Shown one piece after another: positions 62,974 through 64,000 of a stretch of DNA of 64,000 bases. Origin of the DNA: a bacterium (GTDB taxonomy: Bacteria; JAMCPX01). The stretch is from NCBI GenBank assembly GCA_021792615.1, contig JAJYUJ010000008.1, positions 11,900 to 75,899 on the forward strand, read 5' to 3'. A program made the position numbers and the translations under genes. Numbering within the stretch: the stretch's first letter is position 1; every line of letters starts with the position of its first letter. Under the pieces are notes generated by a model. It saw nothing but the letters and a program-made list of their open reading frames with translations, was not told the DNA's origin and ran no database searches.

Positions 62974-63091
62974 GTCATTGCGGGGAGCGATTTTGCGACG
63001 AAGCAATCTGCACGCACAAGGATTGCTTCACTATCGTTCGCAATGACGGGTATGCTGGTGTCATTGCGAGGAAGGAAAGACGAACCAATCT
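62974..63091. repeat. GTCATTGCG-type palindromic repeat (one paired unit plus a half unit)
   Basis: GTCATTGCG..GACGAAGCAATCT..GATTGCTTC..CGCAATGAC; related to 7361-7480. Confidence 0.8.
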
Positions 63092-63102
63092 CTTTCCGCA
63101 TT

Positions 63103-63193
63103 TCCCCCTGATAAGGGGGCATCTCCCGTATCTCCCCCTGATAAGGGGGCATCTCCCGTATCTCCCCCTGATAAGGGGGATAAAGGGGGTTTA
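63103..63193 (+). repeat. Three 30-bp tandem palindromic repeats upstream of the DUF559 gene
   Basis: (TCCCCCTGATAAGGGGGCATCTCCCGTATC) repeated, third unit ending ATAAAGGGGGTTT. Confidence 0.95.
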
Positions 63194-63198
63194 AAAAG

Positions 63199-63750
63199 AT
63201 GAAACCACAATTTATTCCTTATAATAAAGAATTAATTAAAAATGCTAAGGAAAACAGGAAAAATCCAACTGTAGCAGAGAAAAAACTGTGGCGTGATGTA
63301 CTTAGTAACAAGCAATTTACCTTGCATAAATTTACAAGACAAAAGCCTTTGGATAATTTCATAGTTGACTTTTACTGTTCCGAGCTTCTGTTAGTTATTG
63401 AAGTTGATGGCGACACGCATGCCAATCAGGAAGAATACGACAAACAACGCAGCAGAATTTTATTAGAAAAATACAATATCCAAGTCATAAGATACTACAA
63501 CAGTGAAGTATTAAAAAATATTGAAGGCATACGCACAGATTTACTTGAGAAAACAAAACAAAGAAAACAACAAATCAAACCAACCCCCCAGCCCCCCTTG
63601 TCAGGGGGGATAAGAAGGCTATCCTCAGACAAAGAAAAAAGCCTGGTTAAGGAGACTCCTCCGGGACAAGGGGCATCCCTTTCATCTCCCCCTGATAAGG
63701 GGGCATCTCCCGTATCTCCCCCTGATAAGGGGGATAAAGGGGGTTTATGA
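63199..63750 (+). CDS. DUF559 (Vsr-like/YcjD) endonuclease with a repeat-encoded C-terminal tail
   Basis: T.AEKKLW, KFTRQKPL..FIVDFYC..LVIEVDG..H..YD..R. Confidence 0.9.
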   Translation: MKPQFIPYNKELIKNAKENRKNPTVAEKKLWRDVLSNKQFTLHKFTRQKPLDNFIVDFYCSELLLVIEVDGDTHANQEEYDKQRSRILLEKYNIQVIRYYNSEVLKNIEGIRTDLLEKTKQRKQQIKPTPQPPLSGGIRRLSSDKEKSLVKETPPGQGASLSSPPDKGASPVSPPDKGDKGGL

Positions 63751-63760
63751 GAGAGGTTAA

Positions 63761-64000
63761 ATGAAACTTTGTAAATCCCCCTACATTATCTATGCTGTGG
63801 TAATGCTTGTCCTGATTGCGGCAAGCAGGCTGGCCTTGTCCAGGCCGTACCTCGGCGTTATCGCTGCCGTAGTCTTCCTTTATATACCCATCGCCTTATT
63901 GTTTGTAAAAAAACAGGTTCCCGGGGTCTATGGCATAAGTAAAAAGGGTTTTGGGAAGTCCATAGCCAGGTCATTGCTCGCCGCCATCATACTATTCCCG
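63761..64000 (+). CDS. Membrane protein, 5' part (possibly CPBP/CAAX protease-like)
   Basis: GAGG RBS; open frame MKLCKSPYIIYAVV.. with hydrophobic helices running to the window end. Confidence 0.5.
   Translation, partial: MKLCKSPYIIYAVVMLVLIAASRLALSRPYLGVIAAVVFLYIPIALLFVKKQVPGVYGISKKGFGKSIARSLLAAIILFP

Noticed and set aside
63103-63193. CRISPR array
   Set aside because: 30-bp period with identical 14-bp linkers, no unique spacers and no cas genes

Overview
Bacterial chromosomal segment, probably from a diderm Deltaproteobacteria-like organism (lpxK, lpxL, a PilZ protein; taxonomy is inferred). It spans the likely replication origin (mnmE <- oriC -> dnaA-oriC-dnaN) and has a parS site in front of mnmG. 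Core genes include argJ (partial), mnmG, lspA-ileS, mgsA, mtnP, lpxK, lpxL, mrcB, glmU-glmS, argF/argD/argB, hslUV, xerC, dprA, topA, mutS, tRNA-Arg(TCT) and tRNA-Pro(TGG). Accessory blocks are a thiolase/DUF35/DUF2889 cluster, an amidase-lipoprotein-crotonase block, a GpgS-Ggs fusion with a CmpX/MscS-like membrane protein, an AT-rich island of four exported proteins next to tRNA-Pro, MoxR-DUF58-transglutaminase, a secernin-like peptidase, EtfAB, a lipase and the PilZ protein. The most unusual signals are non-coding. (i) A modular family of miniature inverted-repeat elements with CCCGAAAAATGC ends carries interchangeable cargo, and its degenerate ends bracket accessory genes. (ii) A DUF559 endonuclease sits between 64-bp perfect direct repeats built from CCCCCTGATAAGGGGG palindromes that are also dispersed through the window. 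(iii) A 158-bp tandem unit fuses a tRNA-Pro 5' half, at anticodon-loop position 37/38, to a structured element with a compensatory base change. All calls come from reading the sequence by eye; no searches were run.
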